64,000 nt of DNA, taken from NCBI GenBank assembly GCA_963781885.1, contig CAWAHW010000002.1, positions 864,001 to 928,000 of the forward strand, in the 5' to 3' direction. A program made the translations under genes and the position numbers. Below the pieces are notes generated by a model. That model did not search any database. It was not told where the DNA came from and was given only the letters and a program-made list of their open reading frames with translations. Source of the DNA: an uncultured Spirochaetota bacterium. Its GTDB lineage: Bacteria; Spirochaetota; Spirochaetia; SZUA-6; Fen-1364. Numbering within the stretch: position 1 is the first letter of the stretch; each line of letters starts with the position of its first letter. Positions 11,053-19,706 of the stretch are shown piece after piece.

Positions 11053-11819
11053 GCAAGGAGATGGAAGGCGTGGAGAAGACCCCCGTGGCCGCCGCTGCCG
11101 GGGAAGCTCCCGCGAAGGGCGCGAAGCCCGAGAAGGCGCAGAAGCAGGACAAGGCCCCGAAGCAGGAAAAGGGGCAGAAACAGGAGAAGGGGCAGAAGCA
11201 GGACGGAGCCCGCAAGGGCAAGGAGGGCGGCGGCGAGGGGAAGCCCAAGAGCGCCCCCGTTGCGGACCCCCCCGGCTACAAGCCGCGGCTGAAGGTTCTC
11301 TACGCGGAGACGGTGGCAAAAGACCTGCGCGAAGAGTTCAGCTACAAGAGCGTCATGCAGATCCCGCGGCTGTCCAAGATCGTCGTCAGCACCGGCCTGG
11401 GCGAGGCGATCGTGAACAAGAAGCTCCTGGATTCGGCGGCGGCGGAGATGACGCAGATCACCGGACGCAAGCCCGTCCGCACCAAGGCGAAGAAATCCAT
11501 CGCGAACTTCAAGGTGCGCAAAGGCATGGATCTCGGCCTCATGGTGACGCTGCGCGGCAACATCATGTACGAGTTCTTCGACAGGCTCATCAATGTCGCC
11601 ATGCCGCGCATCAAGGACTTCCGGGGCGCGAACCCCAATGCATTCGACGGCCACGGGAATTACTCGCTGGGTGTGACCGAGCAGATCATCTTTCCCGAGA
11701 TCGACTACGACAAGATCGAGCAGGTGAGCGGCATGAATATCGCGGTGGTCACCACGGCGCGCACGGACCAGGAGGCGCGGAGCCTTCTCGCCCGCATGGG
11801 CATGCCGTTCCGCAAGTAG
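11049..11819 (+). CDS. rplE: 50S ribosomal protein L5 with ~75 aa low-complexity N-terminal extension
   Basis: [20 protein letters not shown]; GTG start overlapping rplX stop (start uncertain). Confidence 0.96.
   Translation: MSKEMEGVEKTPVAAAAGEAPAKGAKPEKAQKQDKAPKQEKGQKQEKGQKQDGARKGKEGGGEGKPKSAPVADPPGYKPRLKVLYAETVAKDLREEFSYKSVMQIPRLSKIVVSTGLGEAIVNKKLLDSAAAEMTQITGRKPVRTKAKKSIANFKVRKGMDLGLMVTLRGNIMYEFFDRLINVAMPRIKDFRGANPNAFDGHGNYSLGVTEQIIFPEIDYDKIEQVSGMNIAVVTTARTDQEARSLLARMGMPFRK
11130..11201 (+). repeat. Four 18-nt coding repeats (E/D)K(A/G)(Q/P)KQ in rplE N-terminus
   Basis: GAGAAGGCGCAGAAGCAG-type units in tandem. Confidence 0.85.
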
Positions 11820-11842
11820 CGGAAACTGGAGCGGAGAGGACA

Positions 11843-12028
11843 ATGGCAAGAAAAGCGGCGATAGAGAAGTCCGAGCGCAAGCAGAAGTACATGACGCGCA
11901 GGACGAACAGGTGCAAAGTTTGCGGCCGGCGGCGCGGCTATATGCGGCAGTTCAAGTTGTGCCGCATCTGCTTCCGCAATCTGGCCAGCGAAGGCAAGCT
12001 TCCTGGCGTCACGAAATCGAGCTGGTAG
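11843..12028 (+). CDS. rpsN: 30S ribosomal protein S14, type Z (zinc-binding)
   Basis: 61 aa, CKVCGR...[15 protein letters not shown]. Confidence 0.98.
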   Translation: MARKAAIEKSERKQKYMTRRTNRCKVCGRRRGYMRQFKLCRICFRNLASEGKLPGVTKSSW

Positions 12029-12039
12029 GAGTTGAGACA

Positions 12040-12438
12040 ATGAGTCTGTCAGACCCCGTCGCTGATATGTTGACGAAGATCAGGAACGCGAGCAGCGCGC
12101 GCTTCGAGAGCGTCGATATTCCTACCTCGAAGCTGAAGCTGGAGATCACGAAGATCCTGAAGAACGAGGGCTACATCAAGACCTTCAAGAAGGTGACCCA
12201 GGATGGGCGCAATCTCATCCGCATCTTCCTGAAGTACAACGGGCAGAACGAGCCGGTGATCCACGGCTTGAAGAGGATCTCGACGCCGGGCCGCCGCATG
12301 TACGCCGGCTACCGCACGCTTCCCCGGGTGCTCAACGGCTTCGGGACCCTCATTGTCACCACCTCCCTCGGCGTCACCACGGGCAAGAAAGCCCTGGAGC
12401 GGAAGGCGGGCGGCGAGCTGTTGTGCACCATCTGGTAG
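12040..12438 (+). CDS. rpsH: 30S ribosomal protein S8
   Basis: [26 protein letters not shown]. Confidence 0.99.
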   Translation: MSLSDPVADMLTKIRNASSARFESVDIPTSKLKLEITKILKNEGYIKTFKKVTQDGRNLIRIFLKYNGQNEPVIHGLKRISTPGRRMYAGYRTLPRVLNGFGTLIVTTSLGVTTGKKALERKAGGELLCTIW

Positions 12439-12452
12439 GCAAGGAGTAAGCC

Positions 12453-12992
12453 GTGTCGCGAATTGGACGATTGCCGGTGAAGATACCGAAGGGCGTGAAG
12501 GTCACCATCGGGGACGGGCGCGTGCTGCTCGAGGGCCCGAAGGGAAAGGTGAGCCAGGCGTACAGCGCCGAAGTGGCGGTGAAGGTGGAGGGCGACTCGG
12601 TGCTCGTCACGCGCGCGGATGACACGCGCACGGCAAAGAGCCTCCACGGGCTGTATCGCAACCTGATCAAGAACGCCATCATCGGGCTCTCGACGGGTTT
12701 CTCGAAAACGCTCGTGATCACGGGCGTGGGCTACAAGGCAGAGGTGAAGGGCAAATCGCTCGTGCTCACGCTCGGCTATTCGACGCCCATCGAGTACCCC
12801 GTTCCCGACGGCATCACGATGGAAGTGGAGAACAATACCCGCGTCACGGTGCGGGGATCGGACATCCAGCAGGTCGGGCAGATCTGCTCGGAGATCCGTT
12901 CCTTCCGCTCCGTGGAGCCGTACAAGGGCAAGGGAATCAAGTACGAGAACGAGTACGTGCGCCGCAAGGTCGGCAAGTCGGGGATCAAGTAG
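12453..12992 (+). CDS. rplF: 50S ribosomal protein L6
   Basis: SRIGRLP, GVGYKA, EPYKGKGI. Confidence 0.99.
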   Translation: MSRIGRLPVKIPKGVKVTIGDGRVLLEGPKGKVSQAYSAEVAVKVEGDSVLVTRADDTRTAKSLHGLYRNLIKNAIIGLSTGFSKTLVITGVGYKAEVKGKSLVLTLGYSTPIEYPVPDGITMEVENNTRVTVRGSDIQQVGQICSEIRSFRSVEPYKGKGIKYENEYVRRKVGKSGIK

Positions 12993-13045
12993 ATGGCGCG
13001 CAGGAGCGCGGAAATGTCGTGGGGATACCACGACGGGGGAACGGT

Positions 13046-13405
13046 ATGAAGAAGATCATCGATAAGACGCGCAAGCGGCTGAAGAGAAGGGCGAGCATCC
13101 GCAAGAAGATCAGCGGCACGCCGGAGCGGCCCCGGCTCACCGTCTACAAGTCGAACAGCCACACCTATGTGCAGGCCATCGACGACCTGGCCGGCGCCAC
13201 CCTCGCCGCGGCTTCCAATCTTGAAAAGGAGCACCGCGACATGGGGAACAAGGTGGCGGCGCTGGAGAAGCTTGGGGGTCTGATCGCGGAGCGGCTGAAG
13301 GCAAAGAAAATCACGGCCGTTGTCTTCGACAGGAACGGCTACCGCTATCATGGCAAGGTGAAGGCGATCGCGGACGGCGCCCGGAAGGCCGGCATCAGCC
13401 TGTAA
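13046..13405 (+). CDS. rplR: 50S ribosomal protein L18
   Basis: RPRLTVYKS, VFDRNGYRYHGKV. Confidence 0.98.
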   Translation: MKKIIDKTRKRLKRRASIRKKISGTPERPRLTVYKSNSHTYVQAIDDLAGATLAAASNLEKEHRDMGNKVAALEKLGGLIAERLKAKKITAVVFDRNGYRYHGKVKAIADGARKAGISL

Positions 13406-13437
13406 GGCGGTCCCGTGCGGGAAATCGCGCGGTGAAG

Positions 13438-13486
13438 GAATGCGCGGAGATACCGCGCAGGCGTGAAATGCGCGCAAGAGCGCGCA
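13438..13486. repeat. Two AAAT/GAAT-footed hairpins between rplR and rpsE (another at 13012-13034)
   Basis: GAAT-GCGCGG-AGATA-CCGCGC and AAAT-GCGCGC-AAGA-GCGCGC; AAAT-GTCGTGG-GGATA-CCACGAC before rplR. Confidence 0.7.
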
Positions 13487-13499
13487 GGGGAGACAGCGA

Positions 13500-14012
13500 G
13501 TGGCAATGGATGACAGGGATCGGGACAGGGGCCAGGGCGAGTTTCTAGAAAAGCTCGTCAAGCTCAATAGAGTCGCCAAGGTCGTCAAGGGCGGGCGGCG
13601 CTTCTCGTTCTCCGCGCTCACGGTGGTCGGCGACCGCGCCGGGCGCGTGGGCTATGGCTTCGGAAAGGCGAACGACGTGTCGGACGCCATCCGCAAGAGC
13701 ATCGAGAAGGCAAAGCGGAGCATGGTCCGGGTTCCCATCAAGAAGAGCACGCTCCCGCACCAGGTCATCGGCAAGTTCAAGAGCGCGCAGGTGCTCCTGA
13801 AGCCGGCGGCACCGGGCACCGGCGTCATCGCCGGCGGACCCGTCCGGGCGGTGATGGAGGCCGCGGGCATCCACGACGTGCTGTCGAAGTCCATCGGCTC
13901 CTCCAATGCAATCAACACCGTCAAGGCGGTGTTCCAGGGCCTGGATTCGCTCATGGATCCGCGGGTCGTGGCCGCCAATCGGGGCCGGACCCTGAAAGAC
14001 ATGTGGGGGTAG
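13500..14012 (+). CDS. rpsE: 30S ribosomal protein S5
   Basis: NRVAKVVKGGRRFSF, PAAPGTGVIAGG. Confidence 0.99.
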   Translation: MAMDDRDRDRGQGEFLEKLVKLNRVAKVVKGGRRFSFSALTVVGDRAGRVGYGFGKANDVSDAIRKSIEKAKRSMVRVPIKKSTLPHQVIGKFKSAQVLLKPAAPGTGVIAGGPVRAVMEAAGIHDVLSKSIGSSNAINTVKAVFQGLDSLMDPRVVAANRGRTLKDMWG

Positions 14013-14015
14013 GCA

Positions 14016-14204
14016 ATGGCGGCCAAGATTCTTCAGATCAAGCTCGTCCGCAGCCCCATCAGCTGCGTGCCGGCTCACCGGGCGACCGTGAAGGCGCTGG
14101 GCCTGCGGAAGCTGAATGCGGTCGTCGAGCACGAGGCGACCCCCTCCATCCTCGGGATGGTGCGCGCTGTTTCGTACCTGCTGGACGTTGAGGAGAAAAA
14201 CTAA
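14016..14204 (+). CDS. rpmD: 50S ribosomal protein L30
   Basis: LVRSPI, ALGLRK, GMV; position. Confidence 0.96.
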   Translation: MAAKILQIKLVRSPISCVPAHRATVKALGLRKLNAVVEHEATPSILGMVRAVSYLLDVEEKN

Positions 14205-14206
14205 CC

Positions 14207-14758
14207 ATGGAAGGCTTCGATATCCGCGCGCCGAAAGGCCAGAAGAAGAACAAGCGCCTGGGACGGGGTGTCGGATCCGGCCACGGCAAAACCGCGGGAA
14301 AAGGCAACAAGGGTCAGAAGGCCCGCGCGGGCGGTGGCGTGCGGCTGGGATTCGAGGGCGGCCAGATGCCCCTCTTCCGGCGCGTCGCCCGTCGTGGCTT
14401 TTCCAACTACCCGTTCAAGAAGGAGTTCCAGGTCGTCAATATCACCGATCTGAACCGCTTCGCCGACGGGCAGACAGTGACCCCGACCAGTCTCGCGGCC
14501 CTCGGCCTTGCCCACAAGAAGAACGTGCCCGTGAAAATCCTGGGAAACGGAGAGCTCACGAAAAAGCTCCAGGTCGAAGGGGTGCGGGTATCCGCGTCCG
14601 CACGGGAAAAAATCGCCGCCGTCGGCGGCGTGGTCAAGGATCTCCCTGCCATCGCGGGGCGGGAGCCCCGACAGAGCGCGAGGGAAAAGTCCCGCGCGAG
14701 CGGGGGGAAAGGCGCGAAGGCCTCCACGGGGGCGGCTGGCGCTGACGAGGCGAAGTAA
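14207..14758 (+). CDS. rplO: 50S ribosomal protein L15 with C-terminal extension
   Basis: RLGRGVGSGHGKTAGKG, FEGGQMPL. Confidence 0.98.
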   Translation: MEGFDIRAPKGQKKNKRLGRGVGSGHGKTAGKGNKGQKARAGGGVRLGFEGGQMPLFRRVARRGFSNYPFKKEFQVVNITDLNRFADGQTVTPTSLAALGLAHKKNVPVKILGNGELTKKLQVEGVRVSASAREKIAAVGGVVKDLPAIAGREPRQSAREKSRASGGKGAKASTGAAGADEAK

Positions 14759-16077
14759 TGGCCAATCCGCTTGTCGATATATTCAGGGTCAAGGAGCTGC
14801 GCGATCGGATCCTCTTCACGATCGGCATACTCGTGATCTACCGCCTGGGCGTGATTCTCCCCGTGCCGGGGATCAACATCGCGGCGGTGAAGCTCTATTT
14901 CGACGCGCAGGGAAGCGCGGGGGCGCTGGGAATCGAGGACTTCCTCGACTTCTTCGCGGGAGGAGCGTTCAAGAACTTTTCCATCTTCTTCCTCTCCATC
15001 ATGCCGTACATCTCGATGTCGATCATCATGCAGCTGATCACGGTCGTCATCCCGAGGCTGAAGAAGATCCAGGAGGAAGAGGGCGGCAAGAAGAAGATCA
15101 ACCGCTGGACGCGCTACGGCACGGTGGTTGTCGCGCTCATCCAGTCCTACACGGTGACCATCTACGCCAACCGCATCCCGGACGCCATCAACATCGGGCG
15201 GCTTCCCTTTGCCATCATCGCGATGCTCACCATCACGACGGGGACGATGTTCCTCATGTGGCTTGGCGACCAGATCACGCGGCGAGGCATCGGCAACGGC
15301 ATCTCCATGATCATCTTCGCCGGCATCGTCGCCCGCATTCCGGGCGCGCTGTGGAATCTCGTGACCCTGATCCAGCAGCGCACGTTGAACCCGGTGTTCG
15401 TGATCCTGGTCCTCGCGTTGTGGGTCGTCGTCATCGGCCTGGTCATCATGGAGCAGCAGGGGCAGCGAAAGATCCCCGTGCATTACGCCAAGCGAGTGGT
15501 CGGGCGCCGCATGTACGGCGCGCAGAATACCTATCTGCCGTTCAAGGTGAACCCATCGGGCGTCATCCCCGTGATCTTCGCCTCCTCGATTCTTCTCTTC
15601 CCGGTGCAGATCGCGCAGAGTCTCGGGTCGCAGATCGCCTGGCTGTCGCGTTTCGCCTCCTGGCTGCGGCCGAACGGCTTCCCCTACGAGGTGGCGTACG
15701 CCCTGCTCATCATCTTCTTCGCATACTTCTACACGCAGGTCACCCTGAACCCGGTGGAAATCTCCAAGCACATCCGGGAGAACGGCGGCTCCATCCCGGG
15801 CATCCGCTCGGAGAAGATGGAGGAGTACCTGTCGCGGATCCTCTACCGGATCATCCTCCCCGGGTCGCTCTTTCTCGCGTTCATCGCGATCATCCCCTCG
15901 GTGGTGCAGGGGTTGTTCAATTTCCCCCAGGCGATCGCCTACCTGATGGGTGGCACCTCGCTCCTCATCCTCGTCGGCGTCGACCTGGACACGATGTCCC
16001 AGATCGAAGGATACCTGCGGATGCACCACCACGACGGTATCGTGAAGCGGGGCAAGATCCGGTCGCGCAACCTCTAG
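14758..16077 (+). CDS. secY: Preprotein translocase subunit SecY
   Basis: IMPYI, WLGDQIT.RGIGNGIS, GVIPVIFA, IPGIR, GGTSLLI. Confidence 0.99.
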   Translation: MANPLVDIFRVKELRDRILFTIGILVIYRLGVILPVPGINIAAVKLYFDAQGSAGALGIEDFLDFFAGGAFKNFSIFFLSIMPYISMSIIMQLITVVIPRLKKIQEEEGGKKKINRWTRYGTVVVALIQSYTVTIYANRIPDAINIGRLPFAIIAMLTITTGTMFLMWLGDQITRRGIGNGISMIIFAGIVARIPGALWNLVTLIQQRTLNPVFVILVLALWVVVIGLVIMEQQGQRKIPVHYAKRVVGRRMYGAQNTYLPFKVNPSGVIPVIFASSILLFPVQIAQSLGSQIAWLSRFASWLRPNGFPYEVAYALLIIFFAYFYTQVTLNPVEISKHIRENGGSIPGIRSEKMEEYLSRILYRIILPGSLFLAFIAIIPSVVQGLFNFPQAIAYLMGGTSLLILVGVDLDTMSQIEGYLRMHHHDGIVKRGKIRSRNL

Positions 16078-16116
16078 GGGAGACTGGATGACGAAGGCTG
16101 AAACGGAGGCCATGAC

Positions 16117-16230
16117 ATGAAGGTGCGCGTGAGCGTGAAACCGATTTGCGACAAGTGCAAGGTGATCCGGCGCCGGGGCGTCGTACGCATCATCTGCAGC
16201 AACCCCAAGCACAAGCAGCGCCAGCGGTAA
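16117..16230 (+). CDS. rpmJ: 50S ribosomal protein L36 (below ORF-track cutoff)
   Basis: Manual translation [37 protein letters not shown]; GGAGG RBS. Confidence 0.98.
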   Translation: MKVRVSVKPICDKCKVIRRRGVVRIICSNPKHKQRQR

Positions 16231-16303
16231 GAGGGCGACCGCCCGGGCCGCGGCATGCAGCGGCGGCATTGGCGGGCGCCGCTGAAGCACAAAGGAGAGT
16301 TGA

Positions 16304-16672
16304 ATGGCACGTATTGCGGGCGTGGATCTTCCGAACAAGCATGTGAATGTCGCCCTGACCTACATTTTCGGCATCGGGGTGACATCCGCGCGGAAGATCT
16401 GCGCGGCCACGGGCGTCGACCCGGAGAAGCGGACGAACGATCTCACCGCGGATGAAGTGAACAAGCTGCGGACGGTGATCGAGAATGAGTACCGGGTGGA
16501 AGGGCGCCTGCGGACGGAGGTCTCCCTCAACATCAAGCGGCTCATGGACATCGGCTGCTACCGCGGGATCCGCCACCGCCGCGGCCTGCCGGTGAGGGGC
16601 CAGAGGACGAAGACGAACGCGCGCACGCGCAAGGGCAAGCGGAAGACCGTTGCTGGGAAGAGGAAGAAATAG
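16304..16672 (+). CDS. rpsM: 30S ribosomal protein S13
   Basis: [25 protein letters not shown]. Confidence 0.99.
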   Translation: MARIAGVDLPNKHVNVALTYIFGIGVTSARKICAATGVDPEKRTNDLTADEVNKLRTVIENEYRVEGRLRTEVSLNIKRLMDIGCYRGIRHRRGLPVRGQRTKTNARTRKGKRKTVAGKRKK

Positions 16673-16674
16673 TC

Positions 16675-16881
16675 TGTGACTCGCTGCGGAGCAGCGAGGC
16701 GCATTTGGCTGTGACTCGCTGCGAAGCGGCGAGGCGCAATTCTGGGCGGCGACTGGACCTGCCCCACGGCTTGCACGGTATTCCGTGCAGTTTCCGTGGC
16801 ATTTGGGCCAGGCGCATTTGGTGTGACTCGCCCTGCCGCGGTACTCCGAGGCATTTGCGGCGGCGAGGCGCAATTCTGGGC
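16675..16881. repeat. Cluster of tandem and nested palindromic repeats between rpsM and rpsK
   Basis: TGTGACTCGC...GCGAGGCGCA(T/A)TT units at 16675, 16710, 16822; a nested triple hairpin at ~16748-16819. Confidence 0.85.
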
Positions 16882-16986
16882 TGGGGCTGAGTTTCGAGCC
16901 GGCTGTGATACAGCGCGGGTTTCCGCGCGAGGCAGCCGATCGCGACGAGGCGTCGCCCGCGGGCGCGCCATGGGAGGATATGTACT

Positions 16987-17370
16987 TTGGCAAAGACCAA
17001 GGGGAAGAAGGAAAAAAAGAAGAATATTGCTGAAGGGAAGGCCTTCATCCAGGCGACCTTCAACAATACGATCGTGACCATCACGGATCTCATGGGCAAC
17101 ACGATCTCCTGGGCGTCGGCGGGCGGGCTGGGGTTCAAGGGCGCGAAGAAGTCGACCCCCTTCGCGGCGCAGACCACGGCGGAATCCGCCGGAAGCAAGG
17201 CCCTCGAGCAGGGTCTGCATGAGCTCGTGGTGTTCGTGAAAGGGCCGGGCGTCGGCTCGGAGGCGGCCATCCGCGCCTTCGGAATCCTCGGCATCAGGGT
17301 GCGCTCCATCAAGGACGTGACCCCGATTCCCCATAACGGGTGCCGGCCGCCGAAAAAGCGGCGCGTGTAG
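16987..17370 (+). CDS. rpsK: 30S ribosomal protein S11
   Basis: [30 protein letters not shown]; TTG start with GGAGG RBS. Confidence 0.99.
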   Translation: MAKTKGKKEKKKNIAEGKAFIQATFNNTIVTITDLMGNTISWASAGGLGFKGAKKSTPFAAQTTAESAGSKALEQGLHELVVFVKGPGVGSEAAIRAFGILGIRVRSIKDVTPIPHNGCRPPKKRRV

Positions 17371-17381
17371 GGAGGCGAGAC

Positions 17382-18017
17382 GTGGGAAGAAATATCGGCC
17401 CCCAGTGCAGGCTCTGCAGGAGCCAGGGTTACAAGCTCTACCTCAAGGGCGACAGGTGCAAGGGACCCAAGTGCCCGGTCACCCGCAAGAAAGGCGCGCC
17501 CGGCAAGGGCCCGCGCAGCCGCACGAAGAAGATCTCCGACTACGGCGTCCAGCTGCACGAGAAGCAGAAGCTCAAGAGGATGTACGGCATGCTCGAGGGG
17601 CAGTTCCGCCTCTTCTTCGGCAAGGCCGTGCGCCACAAGGGCATCACGGGAGAGAACCTGATCCAGATGCTGGAACGCAGGATCGACAACGTCGTCTACC
17701 GCATGCACCTGGCCCCGTCGCGGAAGTCGGCGCGACAGCTCGTGCTCCATGGGCACATCACGATCAACGGCCGGCGCGCCTCCGTGCCGTCGCAGCTCGT
17801 GCGGGAGAACGACGCCATCGCCGTGCGCGAGGCCAGCACGAAGCTCACCGCCATCAAGGAGAGCCTCAAGGAGTATTCGCGCTCGGGTATCGTTCCCTGG
17901 CTGGAAATCGATCCCGACCGGATGGTGGGCAAGGTTCGCGCGATACCGCGGCGGAGCGAAATCACCGATCTCGCCGACATAAAAGAGCAGCTGATCGTCG
18001 AGCTGTATTCAAAGTGA
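17382..18017 (+). CDS. rpsD: 30S ribosomal protein S4 (Cys-containing type)
   Basis: CRLCR..C..C, EKQK, LERRIDNVVYR, IVELYSK; GTG start. Confidence 0.99.
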   Translation: MGRNIGPQCRLCRSQGYKLYLKGDRCKGPKCPVTRKKGAPGKGPRSRTKKISDYGVQLHEKQKLKRMYGMLEGQFRLFFGKAVRHKGITGENLIQMLERRIDNVVYRMHLAPSRKSARQLVLHGHITINGRRASVPSQLVRENDAIAVREASTKLTAIKESLKEYSRSGIVPWLEIDPDRMVGKVRAIPRRSEITDLADIKEQLIVELYSK

Positions 18018-18027
18018 GGTGTCCGGG

Positions 18028-19143
18028 ATGGTCCGCAAGAACCTCTTAAGGGGCTTCAAGAAGCCCAAGGGCATCACATTCGAGCACAGCGAAGTGGAGG
18101 CCAATTACGGCCGCTTCGTTGCGTATCCCTTCGAGAGGGGATACGGGGTCACCATCGGCAACACCCTGCGGAGGATACTCCTGTCCTCCATCCAGGGCTA
18201 CGCCGTCTCGGCGGTGAAGATCACGACCTACAAGGACGATGGCTCGCCGCACATGATCGCAAGCGAATACGAACCCATCCCCGAGGTGGTGGAGGATACG
18301 CCGGACTTCATCAACAACCTCAAGCAGGTGCAGCTGCGCCTCACGGGGGACCTGGAGGAGAAGACGATCGTCGTCGAATCCAAGGGCGCCGGGAAGCTCA
18401 CCGCGAAGAACCTTGCCGTCGACAACGACGTGGAGGTGATCAACGGCGACTTCCACATCGCCACCCTCATGGAGAAGGCGAACATCGAGTTCGAGATCCA
18501 GATCAATCTGGGACGGGGTTACGTGCCGGCGGAGCGCAATGAGAAGTACATCGAGGTGATCGGCACGATCCCCATCGACGCCATCTTCTCGCCCATCCAG
18601 AAGGTGAAGTACAGCGTGGAGAACACGCGCGTCGGCCAGCGCACCGACTACGACAAGCTGATCCTGGAGATCTGGACGGACGGGACGATCACCCCGGACG
18701 ACGCCCTTGCCGAGGCGGCGAAGATCGCCAAGGACCATTTCACGATCTTCATCAATTTCGACGAGGCGGAAGCCGGCGGCGACGATGAGGTGGACGAGGA
18801 CGAGGAACGCATCCGCGCCCTCCTCGACACGCCCGTGGAGGAGCTGGAGCTCTCCGTGCGCTCGAGCAACTGCCTGCGCAACGCGAACATCCGCACCATC
18901 GGGGACCTCACGAAGAAGACGGAAGAAGAGATCACGAAGACGCGCAACTTCGGCAAGAAGAGCCTCCAGGAGATCCGTGACAAGCTGCAGGCGCGCGGAC
19001 TGGACCTCGGCATGAAGGACTACACCGCGCTGAAGAAGCAGCTGAAGAAGCAGCTCACCGGGGAGGCGGGGACGGTCGTTGCGGGCGCCGCGGTGGTGAG
19101 CGCCGGGGACGACGACGAAGGGAAGGACGAGAATGGATCATAG
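18028..19143 (+). CDS. rpoA: RNA polymerase alpha subunit
   Basis: PFERGYGVTIGNTLRRILLSS, RVGQRTDYDKL, LSVRSSNCL, NFGKKSL. Confidence 0.99.
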   Translation: MVRKNLLRGFKKPKGITFEHSEVEANYGRFVAYPFERGYGVTIGNTLRRILLSSIQGYAVSAVKITTYKDDGSPHMIASEYEPIPEVVEDTPDFINNLKQVQLRLTGDLEEKTIVVESKGAGKLTAKNLAVDNDVEVINGDFHIATLMEKANIEFEIQINLGRGYVPAERNEKYIEVIGTIPIDAIFSPIQKVKYSVENTRVGQRTDYDKLILEIWTDGTITPDDALAEAAKIAKDHFTIFINFDEAEAGGDDEVDEDEERIRALLDTPVEELELSVRSSNCLRNANIRTIGDLTKKTEEEITKTRNFGKKSLQEIRDKLQARGLDLGMKDYTALKKQLKKQLTGEAGTVVAGAAVVSAGDDDEGKDENGS

Positions 19144-19546
19144 AAGCAGCATCAACAAGCTGAGTCGCACGCACGCCCACCGCAAGGCGCTTCTCCGGTC
19201 GCAGGCAAAGGCGCTGTTCCGCTACGAAAGGATCCGCACGACGATCGCCAAGGCGAAGGCGTCGCGCCGGCTCGCGGAGAAGCTCATCACGCGCGCGAAG
19301 GTCGATTCGGTCCACAATCGCCGCATCGTTGCGCGTTCCATCGACGACGGCCGGCTCTTGGACAAGCTGTTCACCGATATCGCACCGCGCTACGCGCAGA
19401 GACCGGGCGGATATACGCGGATATTGAAAATGGGACGCAGATTCGGCGACGCCTCTGAAATGGTGATCCTGGAGCTTCTGGACAGGAAAGAGCGCGAGCG
19501 GAAGCGCAAGAAGAAGGAAGCACAGGAAGCGGCGAAGGAAGGCTGA
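19133..19546 (+). CDS. rplQ: 50S ribosomal protein L17
   Basis: HRKALL, AEKLIT, RPGGYTRI, GDA. Confidence 0.98.
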   Translation: MDHRSSINKLSRTHAHRKALLRSQAKALFRYERIRTTIAKAKASRRLAEKLITRAKVDSVHNRRIVARSIDDGRLLDKLFTDIAPRYAQRPGGYTRILKMGRRFGDASEMVILELLDRKERERKRKKKEAQEAAKEG

Positions 19547-19572
19547 AAAAAGCCTGGAACCGTTGTCATATT

Positions 19573-19618
19573 GCGCCGCGCAGGGTTAGAATATGGCCCG
19601 GCGCGGCGCTTGTTTTTA
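19573..19618 (+). terminator. Rho-independent terminator of ribosomal superoperon
   Basis: GCGCCGCGC...GCGCGGCGC stem followed by TTGTTTTT. Confidence 0.7.
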
Positions 19619-19706
19619 ATGACACGAAAGCATCCATGACGGGGTGGTCTTCTACGGCGAATGGGCGTTTTCGCCGATACTCAAGGAGAAGGTATATCGT
19701 TTTCCC

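Noticed and set aside
16675-16881. Possible CRISPR array
   Set aside because: Units are degenerate, adjacent or nested with no regular unique spacers, and there are no cas genes in the window.
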